From: Saprospiraceae bacterium
Lineage (GTDB): Bacteria > Bacteroidota > Bacteroidia > Chitinophagales > Saprospiraceae
Assembly: GCA_965223025.1 (NCBI GenBank)
Contig: CBDCVP010000021.1
Span: 332,920 to 396,919 of the forward strand
Length of the DNA stretch: 64,000 bases
Direction of reading: 5' to 3'
Under the pieces are notes generated by a model. That model saw only the letters and a list, made by a program, of their open reading frames with translations. It ran no database searches and had not been told where the DNA came from. Each line of letters opens with the position of its first letter. Within the stretch, counting starts at the first letter, position 1. The position numbers and the translations under genes were made by a program. This document shows, one piece after another, positions 61,993 through 64,000 of this stretch.

Positions 61993-62322
61993 ATGACAAA
62001 ACTTAGCAAAACAAAGTTAAAGATTAAGAAAGGAGATCGTGTCAGAGTGATCGCCGGTGACTATAAAGGTGATGAAGGCGAAGTGCTGGAGGTGCAGCGG
62101 GCAAAGAATAGAGCCATTGTCGAAAGCATAAATATAGCAAAGAAGCATGCCAAACCTACCAATGAGCGTGCGGGAGGGATCAGAGAAATCAATAATCCGA
62201 TCCACTTGTCCAATTTGATGATCATTGATCCGAGAAGTGGCGAGCCGAGCAGAGTGGGTCGTCGCGAGGAGGATGGCAAGCTAGTGCGGTACGCTAAAAA
62301 ATCAGGAGAAACTATTACGTGA
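61993..62322 (+). CDS. rplX: 50S ribosomal protein L24
   Basis: [17 protein letters not shown] (KOW motif). Confidence 0.9.
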   Translation: MTKLSKTKLKIKKGDRVRVIAGDYKGDEGEVLEVQRAKNRAIVESINIAKKHAKPTNERAGGIREINNPIHLSNLMIIDPRSGEPSRVGRREEDGKLVRYAKKSGETIT

Positions 62323-62879
62323 TGCAATATACGCCGAGGTTAAAAGAACATTATAGCAAGCAGGTCGTACCCAAGATGATGGAGAAGTTTGAGTACAAGT
62401 CCATCATGGAGGTGCCACGTATTGCCAAAATATGCTTGAACCAGGGTGTTGGACAAGCCACTCAGGATAAGAAACTGATTGACAATGCCTTGCAAGAGAT
62501 GACTGAGATTGCCGGACAAAAGGCTGTACCAGCGGTCGCCAGAAAATCTGTGTCCAACTTTAAGTTGAGGGAGCAGATGACCATCGGTGTGCGTGTGACC
62601 CTCAGGCGAGAACAGATGTACGAGTTTATGGATCGACTGATTGCAGTGGCCTTGCCGCGAGTGCGAGATTTCCGAGGCATCAATGACAAAAGTTTCGACG
62701 GAAGGGGCAACTACTCGTTGGGCATCACTGAGCAGATTATCTTTCCTGAGATCGATATGGATAAAGTCGGCAGAATCAGTGGTCTGGACATCACATTTGT
62801 CACCACTGCCAAAACTGATACAGAGGCGATGTTTCTCTTGAAAGAAATGGGAATGCCCTTTAAGAATCAAAATAATTAA
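62319..62879 (+). CDS. rplE: 50S ribosomal protein L5
   Basis: Operon position and L5 pattern. Confidence 0.9.
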   Translation: MMQYTPRLKEHYSKQVVPKMMEKFEYKSIMEVPRIAKICLNQGVGQATQDKKLIDNALQEMTEIAGQKAVPAVARKSVSNFKLREQMTIGVRVTLRREQMYEFMDRLIAVALPRVRDFRGINDKSFDGRGNYSLGITEQIIFPEIDMDKVGRISGLDITFVTTAKTDTEAMFLLKEMGMPFKNQNN

Positions 62880-62897
62880 AGCAGCAAAATAATTGGC

Positions 62898-63167
62898 ATG
62901 GCTAAGAAATCAATCATAGCTAGAGAAAGGAAGCGTAGGAAAATGGTAGCTAAATACGCAGCACAACGCAAGCAACTTCGAGAAGAGGGACGATGGGACG
63001 AGCTCGATATGCTTCCTAAGAATTCTTCAGCAGTGAGATTGCATAATCGTTGTCGTCTGACGGGTAGACCGAAAGGATACATTCGTCAGTTTGGCTTGTG
63101 TCGAGTAGCCTTTCGGAAAATGGCTTTAGAAGGTAAGATTCCTGGAGTGACAAAAGCCAGTTGGTAG
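62898..63167 (+). CDS. rpsN: 30S ribosomal protein S14
   Basis: Long-form S14 ending ...KASW. Confidence 0.9.
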   Translation: MAKKSIIARERKRRKMVAKYAAQRKQLREEGRWDELDMLPKNSSAVRLHNRCRLTGRPKGYIRQFGLCRVAFRKMALEGKIPGVTKASW

Positions 63168-63197
63168 GGGTAACACAATCGAAGAATATATTATTAA

Positions 63198-63599
63198 ATG
63201 GCAGTAACAGATCCAATAGCAGACTACCTTACAAGACTTCGCAATGCGATGACCGCAGGTCACTCCATCGTGGAGATACCGAGTTCGGGGGTTAAGAAGA
63301 GAATTACGGAGATATTATACGATCAAGGATATATCCTCAAATACAAATTTGAGGATGTGGCCCCACAAGGGGTGATCAAGATAGCTCTGAAGTATCAAAA
63401 AGACAGTCGTGACCCAGTGATTAGAAAGATGGGGAGAATTAGTAGACCAGGTTTGCGCAAGTTCTCCAAGGCCGATGAGCTACCACGGATTATTAATGGA
63501 TTAGGGATAGCCATTGTATCTACTTCAAAGGGAGTAATGACGGGCAAGCAAGCAAGAAAGCAAAATGTCGGTGGGGAGGTGCTCTGTTACGTCTATTAG
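63198..63599 (+). CDS. rpsH: 30S ribosomal protein S8
   Basis: MAVTDPIADYLTRLRNA. Confidence 0.95.
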   Translation: MAVTDPIADYLTRLRNAMTAGHSIVEIPSSGVKKRITEILYDQGYILKYKFEDVAPQGVIKIALKYQKDSRDPVIRKMGRISRPGLRKFSKADELPRIINGLGIAIVSTSKGVMTGKQARKQNVGGEVLCYVY

Positions 63600-63628
63600 T
63601 TTTTTTTTGAGAAAACAAGCGTTGTATC

Positions 63629-64000
63629 ATGTCAAGGATTGGAAAATCAGAGATAACATTGCCTAGCGGCGTAGAAGTGTCGGTAAGTAAGGGTAACCAG
63701 GTCACAGTAAAGGGACCAAAGGGTGAACTCGCAGAGCAGATTGATCCTGACTTCTCGATTGCCCAAGAAGATGGCACCATTACACTGGAGAGACCAACGG
63801 AACAAAAAAGACATAAGTCTAGACATGGTCTGTACAATTCACTGATCCGCAACATGGTGGTCGGTGTTTCTGAAGGCTATACTAAAGAGTTGGAACTGGT
63901 GGGTGTGGGATATCGCGCTTCCAATACTGGAAACCTCCTCGAGCTGTCGCTGGGATATTCTCACCCGATTATGTTTTACATACCGGATGAGCTAAAGCTA
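63629..64000 (+). CDS. rplF: 50S ribosomal protein L6 (5' partial; runs off the window)
   Basis: MSRIGKSEITLPSGVEVSV... is the L6 N-terminus. No stop codon before the window end. Confidence 0.9.
   Translation, partial: MSRIGKSEITLPSGVEVSVSKGNQVTVKGPKGELAEQIDPDFSIAQEDGTITLERPTEQKRHKSRHGLYNSLIRNMVVGVSEGYTKELELVGVGYRASNTGNLLELSLGYSHPIMFYIPDELKL

Noticed and set aside
62340-62870. 176-aa minus-strand ORF
   Set aside because: Antisense to rplE (L5). Spurious.
1-64000. CRISPR arrays, tRNA and rRNA genes
   Set aside because: I scanned intergenic regions by eye. There were no short regularly spaced direct repeats and no tRNA-like cloverleaf candidates. A tRNAscan/Infernal run would be needed to be certain.

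Overview
This is a 64-kb window from a Bacteroidota chromosome, probably a marine Flavobacteriia or Cytophagia member. Three secreted proteins carry T9SS Por-type C-terminal sorting domains. The str/S10/spc ribosomal operon has fusA followed directly by rpsJ with no intervening tuf. CAZyme and sulfatase content supports the marine lifestyle. The window divides into three parts. (1) Positions 1 to 33 kb are an accessory, glycan-degrading and surface-protein region. It holds a CelD/FemAB-like acyltransferase, a T9SS-secreted metzincin protease, a vWA protein and a thioredoxin-TPR-CAP fusion. It holds a GHL10-like hydrolase, an IS982 copy inserted just upstream of a heparinase II/III-like lyase, and a GH29 alpha-L-fucosidase. 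A GH109-like Tat-exported oxidoreductase carries a 91-bp tandem duplication that frameshifts its 3' end. It holds a bimodular S1-sulfatase/GH78 alpha-L-rhamnosidase, a propeller-type sensor kinase with a NarL-type response regulator, and a flotillin/NfeD operon. (2) Positions 33 to 53 kb are a housekeeping block: prs, rplY, adk, obg, msrAB and a polyprenyl synthase. This block is interrupted by an IS110-family element and by a 1355-aa T9SS protein built from about 12 near-identical 111-aa tandem repeats, next to an OmpR/HK pair and a SulP permease. (3) Positions 53 to 64 kb are the ribosomal protein operon from rpsL to rplF. No tRNA, rRNA or CRISPR arrays were found. The most unusual non-coding structure is an 860-bp convergent intergenic region (30.4 to 31.3 kb). 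It contains two about 165-bp copies of a hairpin-bounded element with identical internal promoter-like cores; this is a candidate repeated sRNA or regulatory module. I did not recognise any known anti-phage defense system. The sulfated-glycan gene set (heparinase-like lyase, fucosidase, GH109-like, sulfatase-GH78 fusion) most plausibly targets a rhamnose-sulfate polysaccharide such as ulvan. It lacks SusC/SusD in this window.
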